DNA of 64,000 nucleotides from Vicinamibacteria bacterium (lineage in GTDB: Bacteria > Acidobacteriota > Vicinamibacteria > Fen-336 > JAGNNV01): contig JAIBCN010000138.1 in the NCBI GenBank assembly GCA_019694155.1, positions 1,832-65,831 of the forward strand, in the 5' to 3' direction. The notes beneath the pieces are model-generated. The model saw only the letters and a list, made by a program, of their open reading frames with translations. It made no database searches and was not told the DNA's origin. A program made the translations under genes and the position numbers. Numbering within the stretch: the stretch's first letter is position 1; every line of letters begins with the position of its first letter. Positions 1-10,019 of the stretch are shown here, piece after piece.

Positions 1-357
<357 letters not shown>

Positions 358-368
358 TGGTTTTTCTC

Positions 369-2548
369 CTAGGAAGAAGTGGCGCTATCGCCCGCGGGCG
401 AGGCCAGCTTGGAAAGATCGGCGACTTCGTAGACGAGGTTCAGAAGTCTGGAAAGAAGAGCGAGACGGTTGGTCTTGAGAACGGGATCGTCCGCCATCAC
501 CATCACGCTCTTGAAGAAGGAATCGACCTCGCCCCGGACCGCAGCGACAGCCCTCAGTCGCGATGCCGGATCGGCCGCGGGCGCGCTTTCCGCCTTGACG
601 ATGGCCGCGTGCAGCAGGCCTTCCGCGCCTTCCACGAAAGCGGCCTGGTCCACCGCTCCCACCTTCGTGCCGGCGACGATGTTCTTCGCCCGCTTGAACG
701 CCTCGGCGAGCGCTGCGAACACCTCGCGCTGTTCGGAGCGTACGGCCGACAGCGCGTGGAGCCGCTTCGCCACGTCGCGAACGTCGGCGAGCGGGTCGAC
801 CCGGGCATCGAGCACCGCGTCGATTTCGTCGGAGGATCCCGCGTTCCGGGCCACCAGCACGCCGCGCAGACGATCGAGAAGGAACGCGCGGAGCGCGCTC
901 TGCAGTTCCTTCGTCGGCTTCGACACCGACGCGCCATACAGGCGGTGCCCGTCGGCCACGACGTCATCGAGATTCGGAGCCTTGCCGGTCCAGAAGTCCA
1001 GCAGGATGCGGATCACACCCTGCCCCGCGCGCCTCAGACCATAAGGATCGCTGCTCCCGGAAGGCGTGACTCCGATCCCCAGGTAGCCGATCAGGGTGTC
1101 GAGCTTGTCGACCAGAGCGACGAGGGCGAAGGTCTCGAGCGCCTCGCCGGACAGCCTTCCCGCGGGCGCCGCGTCCGGTTCGACCGCGACCGGGTGATAG
1201 TGCCAGCGGATCGCCTGCGCGATCCCGGCCGGCTCCGTGGCCTGGGCGTACAGGCCTCCCATCACGCCCTGCAGCTCCGGAAACTCGCGGACCATCAGGG
1301 TGACGAGATCGGCCTTGGCGAAGAGCGCGGCGCGCCCGGCCGCGGTGGTGATGTCCGCGGACAGGCCCACGTGCCCGGCCAGGTTGGTCGCGAGCAGCGA
1401 GATCCGCTCGGCCTTCTGCTTGTAAGTGCCGAGACCCTTGTGGAACGTGACCGCGGCGAGGTCGTCCACTCGGCTCTCGATGGTCCGCTTGCGGTCTTCG
1501 TTGTAGAAGAAGCGCGCGTCCTTCAGACGGGCGATGACCACCCGCTCCTGACCCTGAGCGGCATTGACCGCGCCCGCGTCGTCGCATCCGGAGATGGCCG
1601 CGAAACGAGGCGAACCGTCCTTGCCCCTAGGCAGGGTGATCGCCTTCTGGTGATGCGCGAGGACGGTCTCGAGCACCTCGTCGGGAAGATCCGCGAACTC
1701 GGGGGGAATGGACCCCACGACCACGGTCGGGTACTCCACGAGGTCGGCCCATTCCTGAACCAGATGCGCGGCCTCGCCTGCGACCTCGCCGCCCGCCGCC
1801 TCGACGTTCCACTTGATCCTGTCCCGCCGGCGAGCCGGATCGAGAATGACGAAGCGCGCGGCCAGGCCGGCGTCGAGTTCGGAGAAGGAACGCACATCGA
1901 AACCGCGATCCGACGCTCCACGGGGGTAGAAGCGGTGCCCCAACGATCGTCGGCCGGCCATGACGCGGGCCGCGCCTTTGGCGCCTCCGACCGCGTCGAA
2001 GATCGTGAGGGGAACCACCTCGCCGTCGAGAAGCGCCACCAGCCACTGAATGGGCCGGCCAAACTCGAAAGCGCCCCGGCCATCGTCCAGCCACGCGTCC
2101 CAGTTCATCCTCTTGGCGAAGTTGAACGAACGAAGAATGGCGGGGAGCGCGCCCGCGAGCACGTCGCCGGTGGGCCGGCCGACGATCTGCTTCGTGGCGC
2201 TCACATACAGGTCGCTCGAGCCCTCGGCCTTGGGCGCGAGCTTCAGAGCGTCGAGGGGGACGCCCTGCTTCTTCGCGAAGCCCTCGGCCGCCTTCGACCA
2301 GTTCCCCGCCGCGTCCTTCGCGATCTTCGCGGCCGGGCCCCACTCGACGACGGTGCGGTCTTCCTGGCGCTCGTTCACCTGCGCCACCAGAACGAGTCGC
2401 CGCGCGGTCCAGAAGACGCGGACCTCCTGAGGCGCGAGCTGCTCGTCGGCGGCGACCGCGGTGAACTTCGAGAGGAGCTGATCGGCGAGGCCCTTGAGCC
2501 AGGGCGCCGGCATCTCCTCGAAACCAATCTCGAAGAGGAACTCAGCCA
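369..2548 (-). CDS. glyS: glycine--tRNA ligase beta subunit
   Basis: [16 protein letters not shown]-terminus and length (~726 aa) are typical of GlyS. A GTG at 2546-2548 overlaps the glyQ stop (GTGGCTGA), suggesting translational coupling. The track ORF extends to an ATG at 2597 (alternative start). Confidence 0.85.
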
Positions 2549-3435
2549 CGGCGCGCCCCCGTTTCCTTCGCTTCCGCGGGCCACCGGTCTTCGACATAGG
2601 CCGCGGCCACCGCGCAGGCGAGCTTCCTGATCTGGAGCAGCATCGACGCGCGCTGGGTCACGGAGATCCCGCCGCGGGCGTCGAGGACGTTGAAGGCGTG
2701 CGAGGCGCGCAGGACCCAGTCGTAAGCGGCAAGCGACACCCGCGGGCCGGCGGTTTCGAGCAGCCGCTTCGCTTCCCCGAGCGAGCCGTCGAAGAGCTTC
2801 ATGTGCAGGTCGACATCGGCGAGTTCGAAGCTGTAGCGCGACAACTCGAACTCCTCCTCGTGGCGGACCTTCCGGTAGAGGACGCCCGCTCCCCACTCGA
2901 CGTCGAACATGTCCGCCTTGTCCTGGAGGTACATGGCGATGCGCTCGAGCCCGTAGGTGATCTCCGCGGAGATGGGCGAGAGATTCACGCCGCCCGCCTG
3001 CTGGAAGTACGTGAACTGCGTGATCTCCTGGCCGTCGAGGAGAACCTGCCACCCGATCCCCCACGCTCCGAGGGCCGGGGACTCCCAGTTGTCCTCTTCG
3101 AAGCGGACGTCGTGATCCGCGGGTTCGATGCCGAGAGCGCGGAGCGAATCGAGATAGAGATCCTGGACGTTCGCGGGAGCGGGCTTCAGGATGACCTGGT
3201 ACTGGTGGTGCTTGTAGACGCGATTCGGATTGTCGCCGTATCGGCCGTCGGTGGGCCGCCGCGAGGGCTGAACGTAGCCCACGCGCCAGGGCTCAGGCCC
3301 GAGGACGCGCAGGAACGTCTCGGGATGCATGGTCCCCGCCCCCACTTCCGCGTCCACGCCGAGCTGGATGAGACAGCCCTGCTTCTCCCAGAACGAGTTG
3401 AGCGTCGCGATGATCCCCTGGAGCGTGAGACTCAT
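2542..3435 (-). CDS. glyQ: glycine--tRNA ligase alpha subunit
   Basis: [21 protein letters not shown]...[19 protein letters not shown] is highly conserved GlyQ, 298 aa from the ATG at 3435. The longer track ORF (to 3819) is an upstream read-through of the frame. Confidence 0.9.
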   Translation of the reverse strand: MSLTLQGIIATLNSFWEKQGCLIQLGVDAEVGAGTMHPETFLRVLGPEPWRVGYVQPSRRPTDGRYGDNPNRVYKHHQYQVILKPAPANVQDLYLDSLRALGIEPADHDVRFEEDNWESPALGAWGIGWQVLLDGQEITQFTYFQQAGGVNLSPISAEITYGLERIAMYLQDKADMFDVEWGAGVLYRKVRHEEEFELSRYSFELADVDLHMKLFDGSLGEAKRLLETAGPRVSLAAYDWVLRASHAFNVLDARGGISVTQRASMLLQIRKLACAVAAAYVEDRWPAEAKETGARRG

Positions 3436-4178
3436 GAGCGAAGGACGCTTTCGATGACGCGGGAGGAGTTCAAGGAGCGGCCGAGATGGGTCTCGATGAG
3501 TTCCCGGTGGAACCTCGCGATGGGGGCGAGGTCGATGCCTTCGGTCCGCTCCGCGAAGTTGGCGGGCGACAGCCGCAGGGCCGATCGAAGCAGCGCGCGC
3601 GAGTCCGAGTCCAGGATCTCCGCCCGCTTCGAGCCGCAGTTCGTGCAGACCACCCGGCCCGCCGAGCGATCGAAGGCGAGCCCCCCGGTCACCGACTGCC
3701 GGCAGTTGAGGCACCGGGCCAGAGAGGGATAGAGCCCGTGGAGCTTCAGCGTCCAGGCCTCCGCGTAGCGCATGACCGCGGTTCCGTTGGAGCCGCGCTG
3801 CTTGAGGGCGGTCACGCACGATCGGCCGAGGCGATAGGCGTCGTCGTCCCGGGCATCGGGGGGCAGGAAGGCTTCGAACAATTCGGCGCAGTATTCCAAC
3901 GCGAGGAGGCTTTCGAGATTGCTGTTCGGGGGTTCTGAGGAACGGAGGAGTTCGACCGTGCCGAGCCGGAAAAGTTCCGTCCCTTCACGACCGTACAACG
4001 CTGTACGCACTTCCGAAAGGGGCTGGAGCGACGACTGGTAACGGTCGCCGGGGCCGCGCGCGCCCTTCGCGACGGCCCTCAACTTCCCCCTGCTTCGGGT
4101 GAGGAGCACTACAACAACACTCATTTCCCCCAGCGGGAACGTCCGCAGGACCAGAGCGTCCGTGGTGAGAGGAGGCAT
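3432..4178 (-). CDS. recO: DNA repair protein RecO
   Basis: 248 aa with an N-terminal OB-fold region and a C-terminal CxxC...CxxC zinc motif (CLNCRQS...CTNCGS). Conserved recO-glyQ-glyS synteny; 4-nt overlap with the glyQ start. Confidence 0.8.
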   Translation of the reverse strand: MPPLTTDALVLRTFPLGEMSVVVVLLTRSRGKLRAVAKGARGPGDRYQSSLQPLSEVRTALYGREGTELFRLGTVELLRSSEPPNSNLESLLALEYCAELFEAFLPPDARDDDAYRLGRSCVTALKQRGSNGTAVMRYAEAWTLKLHGLYPSLARCLNCRQSVTGGLAFDRSAGRVVCTNCGSKRAEILDSDSRALLRSALRLSPANFAERTEGIDLAPIARFHRELIETHLGRSLNSSRVIESVLRS

Positions 4179-4550
4179 TGTGACGGCGCCTTACGAGGTT
4201 TGACGAGCCCAAGTCTGCGAGCACCCATCGGCCCTTTCGAAGCAGGGCGAAACCTAACATGAAAGGCCCCGTTCTTCCTCCTCTTCCGGGCCTGACTTCA
4301 GCATTTTGAAGCCTCCCCGGGGGGCGGAGCCCGTCGTTTCCGGGCCGTCGTTCATTGAAGAGTGAAACTTTTCGAGGCCCTGCTCCATCCAAAGCCGCAA
4401 CGCCGGACGTAAACTGTCCGGCAAAGCCGTGGTCCAAAGGAGCCGGAGGTCGGCTCCGGACCGCACACCCATGGTCCCCTTTCAGGATTCGCGCCCGGCG
4501 ACGCGGGGAGTCGCATAGAAGCGGGTGCGTCCCTTGGAGTTAAGCAATCT

Positions 4551-5003
4551 ATGAAGCGTCGAGATTTCACCAAAGCAATCGCGGGCATCGCCGCCGGCGT
4601 CGTGGCCGGAACCAGGGCCTTCGCGGATGACAAGCAGAAGCCCGCGGAGAAGGCGAAGCAGCACGGCTGCGGCGGCAAGGACGGCTGCGGCGGCGAAAAG
4701 GGCAAGGCGGCGGCGGCCGGCGACAAGGCCAAGCACGCCTGCAAGGGAATGAACGAGTGCAAGGGCCAGGGCGCCTGCAAGACCGGCGATGCCGGCTGCG
4801 CGGGAAAGAACTCCTGCAAGGGCAAGGGCGGTTGCGCCACCGCGGCCAAGCACGACTGCAAGGGCAAGAACGAGTGCAAGGGCCAGGGCGGTTGCAAGAC
4901 CGGCGACAACAAGTGCGCCGGGAAGAACTCCTGCAAGGGCAAGGGCGGCTGTCAGGTGCCCGTCCAGCACGACGCCAAGCCCGCGGCTCCGGCCAAGAAG
5001 TAA
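4551..5003 (+). CDS. Cys-rich RiPP precursor peptide (bufferin-like, BUF_6/12Cys-type) with twin-arginine signal peptide
   Basis: MKRRDFTKAIAGIAAGVVAGTRAFA (RRxF Tat-like signal). The core carries 14 Cys in two 39-aa repeats H[AD]CKG[MK]NECKGQG[AG]CKTGD..CAGKNSCKGKGGC. GGAG sits 8 nt before the ATG. It lies immediately upstream of the DUF692/DUF2063 genes. Confidence 0.8.
   Translation: MKRRDFTKAIAGIAAGVVAGTRAFADDKQKPAEKAKQHGCGGKDGCGGEKGKAAAAGDKAKHACKGMNECKGQGACKTGDAGCAGKNSCKGKGGCATAAKHDCKGKNECKGQGGCKTGDNKCAGKNSCKGKGGCQVPVQHDAKPAAPAKK
4731..4964 (+). repeat. 117-nt (39-codon) in-frame tandem duplication inside the precursor core
   Basis: Two near-identical nucleotide copies starting at ~4740 and ~4857 (tgcaaggg..aacgagtgcaagggccagggcg..tgcaagaccggcga...aagaactcctgcaagggcaagggcgg). 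Confidence 0.7.
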
Positions 5004-5029
5004 CCCGGCTCTTTCAGCCGTTCGCACCG

Positions 5030-5060
5030 GCCGCGGGGCTTCTTCCCCGCGGCTTTTTTC
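5030..5060 (+). terminator. intrinsic terminator / attenuator between precursor and modification genes
   Basis: GCCGCGGGG-cttctt-CCCCGCGGC perfect 9-bp stem followed by TTTTTTC. Located 27 nt after the precursor stop and 21 nt before the DUF692 start. Confidence 0.55.
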
Positions 5061-5080
5061 TTCTACACTGGATTTCGATC

Positions 5081-5977
5081 ATGACCTCCCCCTCAGCAGG
5101 CAATCGCTTCGGCTTCAAGGACCTGGGCATCGGGATCGGACTTCGCACCGTCCACTATCCGCACATCCTGTCGACCTGGCCGAAGATCGACTGGTTCGAG
5201 GTCCTTTCCGAGAACTACATGGACACGGGAGGCCGGCCCGCCTACGTCCTGGACCAGGTTGTCGAGCGCTACCCGGTGGCGCTTCACGGCGTCTCCATGT
5301 CCATCGGCAGCACCGACCCGCTGAACCGCGAACACCTGCGCAAGCTCAAGGCCCTGGCCGAACGCACGAAGGCCCACTGGGTTTCCGATCACCTCTGCTG
5401 GACCGGCGTCCTCGGCCGCAATACGCACGACCTTCTCCCCATGCCGTACACGGAGGAGGCCCTCGCCCACACCATCAAGCGGGCGAAACAGGTGAGCGAG
5501 ATCCTGGAACGGCCCCTCGTCCTCGAGAACCCCTCCTCGTATGTCGAATTCACGGGCTCGTCGATGCCCGAATGGGTGTTCCTGGCCCGCCTGGCCGAAG
5601 AGGCCGACTGCGGCCTGCTCCTCGACGTGAACAACGTCTACGTCAGCTCCTTCAACCACCGCTTCGACCCTGTCGAGTACATCAACGCGATCCCCGCGGA
5701 CCGCGTCGTCCAGTACCACCTGGCGGGGCACACCAACAAGGGCACGCACATCATCGACACTCACTCCGATCACGCGATCGACGAAGTGTGGAACCTCTAC
5801 TCCCTCGCCTGCCGGCGCACCGGCCTGGTGGCGACCCTCTACGAATGGGACGACGACATTCCGGCCTTCGATGTGGTGCTCGCGGAAGCGCGGAAGGCGG
5901 ATGCCTTCCGGAAAGCCGTGAGCCCGAAGGGCGGGCGTCCGCGGACGACACGGCCCGTCCCCGTGAGCGCCGCCTGA
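5081..5977 (+). CDS. MNIO (multinuclear non-heme iron oxidase) DUF692 / MbnB-like RiPP maturase
   Basis: FGFKDLGIGIGLRTVHYPHI...VSDHLCWTG...LENPSSYV...LLDVNNVYVS is the characteristic DUF692 TIM-barrel family. ATG at 5081 is in the frame of track ORF 4757..5977. Confidence 0.9.
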   Translation: MTSPSAGNRFGFKDLGIGIGLRTVHYPHILSTWPKIDWFEVLSENYMDTGGRPAYVLDQVVERYPVALHGVSMSIGSTDPLNREHLRKLKALAERTKAHWVSDHLCWTGVLGRNTHDLLPMPYTEEALAHTIKRAKQVSEILERPLVLENPSSYVEFTGSSMPEWVFLARLAEEADCGLLLDVNNVYVSSFNHRFDPVEYINAIPADRVVQYHLAGHTNKGTHIIDTHSDHAIDEVWNLYSLACRRTGLVATLYEWDDDIPAFDVVLAEARKADAFRKAVSPKGGRPRTTRPVPVSAA

Positions 5978-5978
5978 C

Positions 5979-6833
5979 ATGCGTCTTTCAAGTCTCCAGC
6001 GCTGGATGCAGTCGGTGGTGGTGCATCCCGGCACCACGGAGCAGGCCCTGCGATCGCGGAACGCCGCCCTTCATCTGAAGCCGGCCAGGCTCGAGTCGGT
6101 GCTTCTCCCCTCGAAGACTCTGAGCGCGGCCGAGCGGATCGCCATCTATCAGGAGATGTACCCGTTGCGGATGCGCGACGCTCTCGCCGCCGACTACCCC
6201 GGCCTCGAGCACTTCCTCGGGAACCGCTTCTGGGACTTCGTGACCGCCTACACGAGCGCCCACCCCTCGAAGGGCTACACCCTGAATCGACTCGGCGACC
6301 ATGTGCCAGGGTTCCTCGCCCGTCAGAAGAAGCTCAAGCCCCGAGGATTCCTTGCGGACCTGGCGCGCCTGGAGCTCGCCATCACGGAGTGCTTCGATGC
6401 GCCTGAAGCCGGACTGCTGCGCGCCGAGGAGATCGAGCGAATCGAGCCGGCGCGGCTCTCGGGGATGAAGCTCCTGACCGCGCCTTCGCTGCGCCTCGTC
6501 GAACTCGAGTGGAACGCGGCCGACTACCTCGACACCATTCGCGACGAGGAGCATCGTCATCCCAAGGCCAGGCGCGCGCGCTCCTTTGCGGCCGTGGTGA
6601 GGCGACAGTACTCCGTGTATCGCTTCCCGCTGACGGAGCCCGAGTTCCTGGTGCTGTCGGACCTCCGGGACGGGCGATCGATCTCGAACGTCGTCGAACG
6701 GGCTCTTGGCCGTCGAGGCTCACGCCGGGCCTCGGCCGCGGATTTCCCAGGGTGGTTTCGACGCTGGACCTCAGAGGGCGCATTCTGCGGAGTTCGGCCT
6801 GCGCGAGGTTCCGCCTCAGTCAATGCCCATTAA
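5979..6833 (+). CDS. DUF2063 partner protein (MbnC/BufC-like) of the MNIO enzyme
   Basis: ATG overlaps the DUF692 stop (TGACATG). The N-terminal ~100 aa matches the DUF2063 family (LQRWMQSVVVHPG...AIYQEMYPLRMRDALAADYPGLEHFLG). Confidence 0.85.
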   Translation: MRLSSLQRWMQSVVVHPGTTEQALRSRNAALHLKPARLESVLLPSKTLSAAERIAIYQEMYPLRMRDALAADYPGLEHFLGNRFWDFVTAYTSAHPSKGYTLNRLGDHVPGFLARQKKLKPRGFLADLARLELAITECFDAPEAGLLRAEEIERIEPARLSGMKLLTAPSLRLVELEWNAADYLDTIRDEEHRHPKARRARSFAAVVRRQYSVYRFPLTEPEFLVLSDLRDGRSISNVVERALGRRGSRRASAADFPGWFRRWTSEGAFCGVRPARGSASVNAH

Positions 6834-6885
6834 TAGGTTGATAAAGAAGGATTTGTCGAGACGATAGCCTCATCGGAACTTGGAC

Positions 6886-6920
6886 TGCCTTGACATCGAG
6901 GCGCTAGTCTGGATACCATA
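6886..6920 (+). promoter_or_regulatory. AT-rich putative sigma70-like promoter upstream of the SPFH gene
   Basis: TTGACA at 6886-6891 followed by an AT-rich stretch (gatatcac), in an otherwise ~68% GC genome. GGAG lies 6 nt before the ATG at 6943. Confidence 0.3.
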
Positions 6921-6942
6921 GTGATATCACTTGGAGATCACT

Positions 6943-7821
6943 ATGACCCAGACCATCAGAACCGAAAAGGCCGTATCCACGCTTCCGGGGTTGCTCATGC
7001 TGCCCGTCCTGCTTGTCGCCGCCGCCGCCTTCTTCCGGTTCGGAGTCGCGGCCATCCAGGGCGGCGGACCCCTGGGAGGGGTGCTTTTCTTCCTGGGAGG
7101 GGTCATCTGCTGCTTCTGCCTGGGCGGCCTCTTCGTGGTGAATCCCAACGAGGCGCGAGTGCTCCAGCTCTTCGGCGACTACGTCGGCACCGTGAAGGAG
7201 GACGGCCTGCGCTGGGCGAATCCCTTCTATACCAAGCGATCGATCATGCTCCGCGTGCGCAACTTCGAGAGCGCCAAGCTCAAGGTCAACGATCACGACG
7301 GCAACCCCATCGAGATCGGCGCGGTCGTCGTCTGGAAGGTCGTGGACACCGCGGAGGCGTGCTTCGAAGTCGACAACTACGAGCACTACATGAACGTGCA
7401 GACCGAGGCGGCGATCCGCAACCTCGCGAGCCACTACCCCTACGACGCGCATATCGAAGGCGAGTTCTCCCTGCGCGGCAGCACCGACGAGGTCGCGGCC
7501 CGGCTCAAGACCGAGATCCAGGCGCGCCTGGAAAAGGCGGGCGTGCGCGTGATCGAGGCCCGCATCTCCCACCTCGCCTATGCGCCTGAAATCGCCTCCG
7601 CCATGCTGCGCCGCCAGCAGGCGGGCGCCATCATCGCGGCGCGCCAGCGCATCGTCGAGGGCGCCGTGGGCATGGTCGAGCAGGCGCTCGACCTGCTCCA
7701 GAAGTCCGATCGGGTGAAGCTCGACGAAGAGCGCAAGGCGGCGATGGTGAGCAATCTCCTCGTGGTTCTCTGCGCGGATCGCGAGGCCCAGCCAGTAGTC
7801 AACACCGGATCGATCTACTGA
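6943..7821 (+). CDS. SPFH/band-7 domain membrane protein
   Basis: N-terminal TM helix followed by an SPFH core ([63 protein letters not shown]) and a coiled-coil tail. Confidence 0.8.
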   Translation: MTQTIRTEKAVSTLPGLLMLPVLLVAAAAFFRFGVAAIQGGGPLGGVLFFLGGVICCFCLGGLFVVNPNEARVLQLFGDYVGTVKEDGLRWANPFYTKRSIMLRVRNFESAKLKVNDHDGNPIEIGAVVVWKVVDTAEACFEVDNYEHYMNVQTEAAIRNLASHYPYDAHIEGEFSLRGSTDEVAARLKTEIQARLEKAGVRVIEARISHLAYAPEIASAMLRRQQAGAIIAARQRIVEGAVGMVEQALDLLQKSDRVKLDEERKAAMVSNLLVVLCADREAQPVVNTGSIY

Positions 7822-7824
7822 GGA

Positions 7825-8031
7825 ATGGCCGAGCGCAAGCCGTTTCTCCTGCGTCTCGACGAGAGGACCTTCCTCGCCCTGAAACGCTGGGCCGACGATG
7901 ATCTGCGCTCCATCAACTCCCAGGTCGAGTTCCTGCTCCGCCGTGCGCTGGAGCAGGCAGGCCGATTGAACCGCGAGGCCACGGAACCGGAAGCTCCGAA
8001 ACCGGAGACGGGCGGCGGCGACAAAATTTGA
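7825..8031 (+). CDS. small ribbon-helix-helix (Arc/CopG-like) protein
   Basis: 68 aa. KPFLLRLDERTFLALKRWADDDLRSINSQVEFLLRRALEQ fits an RHH beta-strand plus two helices. The start abuts the SPFH stop (TGAggaATG), i.e. coupled. Confidence 0.5.
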   Translation: MAERKPFLLRLDERTFLALKRWADDDLRSINSQVEFLLRRALEQAGRLNREATEPEAPKPETGGGDKI

Positions 8032-8055
8032 CGCGATGCGCTACCGCCCGTTAAA

Positions 8056-9087
8056 TTGCGGGTACCTGTGAAGTTCAACGACCTCGCGATCGAATCGATC
8101 GCTTACGAGCTTCCGCCCGTGGCGGTCTCCACCGAGCAATTGGTGCGCCGTCTCGATCCCGTGCTTCGCAGGTTCAAGATCCCGGTCGACGCGATGCTGC
8201 AGCTCACCGGCATCATCGAGCGTCGCTTCTGGCCGCGCGGTCATCCCATGCATCAGGCGGCCACGGACGTCGCCAAGCGCGCGATCCAGCGCGCCGGCAT
8301 CACTCCCGGACAGGTCGGTATCCTGATCAGCACCTCGGTCTCGAAGGATTATCTCGAGCCCTCGATGGCGAGCCTCGTGCACGGCGACCTCGGCCTCACC
8401 CAGGAGTGCCGCAACTTCGATCTCGCCAACGCCTGCCTGGGTTTCCTGAACGGAATCGAGGTCGCGGGCCGGATGATCGAATCGGGCGTCGCGGACTATG
8501 CGCTCCTCGTCGACGGTGAAAGCGCCGGCGACGTGGTGGAGGCGACGATCACGCGCCTGCAGGACCCGAACACCACCTTGCGCGATTTCTGGGAAGCCTT
8601 CGCGACCCTCACTCTCGGTTCCGCCGCGGTGGCCATGGTTCTCACCAAGGGCTCCCTCTCCCAGACCACGCACCGCGTGAACGGCTGCGTCTCGCTCGCC
8701 GACACCGCGAATTCCCGGCTGTGCATGGGCACCGCCGAGCGCATGGTCACCGACTCCACGCGCCTCCTCAAGGCGGGCGTCGTTCTCGCGCAGAAGACAT
8801 GGGGAGTCGCTTCCAATCAGCTGAACCGCTGGTCGGAGCAGGGCATCGGTCACTACATCTGCCATCAGGTGGGCGCCTCTCACATGCAGGCGCTCGTCGA
8901 GGCCCTCGGGATCAACTTCGCGAAGTGCGTCCTCTCCTACCCCACCCACGGCAACGTCGGCCCCGCCGCGGTGCCGCTCACCCTGGCTCTCGCCACGGAG
9001 TCGGGCCGGGTGAAGGAAGGCGATCACGTGGCGCTCATGGGCATCGGCTCGGGCCTCAACGTGACCATGATGAGCGTGACCTGGTAG
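8056..9087 (+). CDS. FabH-like thiolase / 3-oxoacyl-ACP synthase III family (OleA-like condensing enzyme)
   Basis: Cys-His-Asn triad motifs are present: NACLGF, ICHQVGASH and THGNVGPAAVPLTLA. The likely real start is the GTG at ~8068 (VKFNDL). Confidence 0.8.
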   Translation: MRVPVKFNDLAIESIAYELPPVAVSTEQLVRRLDPVLRRFKIPVDAMLQLTGIIERRFWPRGHPMHQAATDVAKRAIQRAGITPGQVGILISTSVSKDYLEPSMASLVHGDLGLTQECRNFDLANACLGFLNGIEVAGRMIESGVADYALLVDGESAGDVVEATITRLQDPNTTLRDFWEAFATLTLGSAAVAMVLTKGSLSQTTHRVNGCVSLADTANSRLCMGTAERMVTDSTRLLKAGVVLAQKTWGVASNQLNRWSEQGIGHYICHQVGASHMQALVEALGINFAKCVLSYPTHGNVGPAAVPLTLALATESGRVKEGDHVALMGIGSGLNVTMMSVTW

Positions 9088-9155
9088 GCCGGAGTCACCC
9101 CGAGGCGCCCTCCTCCGGATCTGCGGCCGCCACTCCCTAAGAAGGCACCTTCAAC

Positions 9156-10019
9156 GTGGCAACCCCGGCCTGGCGCGACCTCTTCCCCTTTGAAAGCCGG
9201 ACGCTCCAGGTTCCTTCGGGCCGCCTCCACTACGTCGATGAAGGCCCCCGCACCGCGGACCCCATCCTCTGCCTTCACGGAAACCCCACCTGGGCGTTTC
9301 ACTACCGGCGCCTGATCGCGGAAGCGCGGCCCTTCCATCGGGTGATCGCCTTCGACCACATGGGCATGGGCCTCTCCGATCGGCCGACGAACTTCGCCTA
9401 TACCCTCGAGGGTCATGTGAAGAACGCGGTCGCCTTCGTCGACGCGCTGGACCTGAAGAAGATCACTCTCGTGGTCCACGACTGGGGCGGCGCCATCGGC
9501 ATGGGTATGGCGCTTGCCCGGCCGGAGCGCATCGCGCGGATCACCGTGATGAACACCTCCGCCTTCTTCATCCCCCGGCTGCCGAAGCGCATCGCCATCT
9601 GCCGCGCCGGGGTTCTCGGTGAGTTCATCACCCGGGGCCTCAACGCCTTCGCCCGCGCCGCCACCACCATGACCACCTCCATCCCTCTCGCGCCCGAGGT
9701 GAAGGCCGGGTACCTGGCGCCCTACGCTTCGTGGCGGCGGCGGATCGGGATCTGGAATTTCGTCCGCGACATACCGATGGAGCCGGATCACCGCTCGCGC
9801 GCCACCCTCGCGAAGATCGACCTTGGCTTGAAGTCCCTCCAGAAGCCGGTGCAGATCCTCTGGGGTGAGCGCGACTGGTGCTTCACCCCTCAGTTCCGCG
9901 AGGAGTGGCAGGCCCGGTTCCCCCGCGCCTATGTTCACAAGTTCGATGACGCCGGCCATTACCTGATCGAAGACGAACCCGGTGGGGTGATCGCGCGGAT
10001 TCGCGACTTCGCGTCGTGA
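9156..10019 (+). CDS. alpha/beta hydrolase, haloalkane-dehalogenase-like (OleB-like)
   Basis: HGNPTWAFHYRRLI plus the nucleophile elbow HDWGGAIGMG is the HLD-family signature shared by OleB. Confidence 0.8.
   Translation: MATPAWRDLFPFESRTLQVPSGRLHYVDEGPRTADPILCLHGNPTWAFHYRRLIAEARPFHRVIAFDHMGMGLSDRPTNFAYTLEGHVKNAVAFVDALDLKKITLVVHDWGGAIGMGMALARPERIARITVMNTSAFFIPRLPKRIAICRAGVLGEFITRGLNAFARAATTMTTSIPLAPEVKAGYLAPYASWRRRIGIWNFVRDIPMEPDHRSRATLAKIDLGLKSLQKPVQILWGERDWCFTPQFREEWQARFPRAYVHKFDDAGHYLIEDEPGGVIARIRDFAS

Noticed and set aside
4731-4964. Possible CRISPR-like repeat
   Set aside because: There are only two in-frame coding copies of a 117-nt unit with no spacers. It is a protein-coding duplication.
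4352-5027. Minus-strand ORFs 4352..4942 and 4482..5027 (Pro/Ala/Leu-rich)
   Set aside because: They are antisense to the Cys-rich precursor and are low-complexity translations typical of the reverse frame of GC-rich coding DNA.
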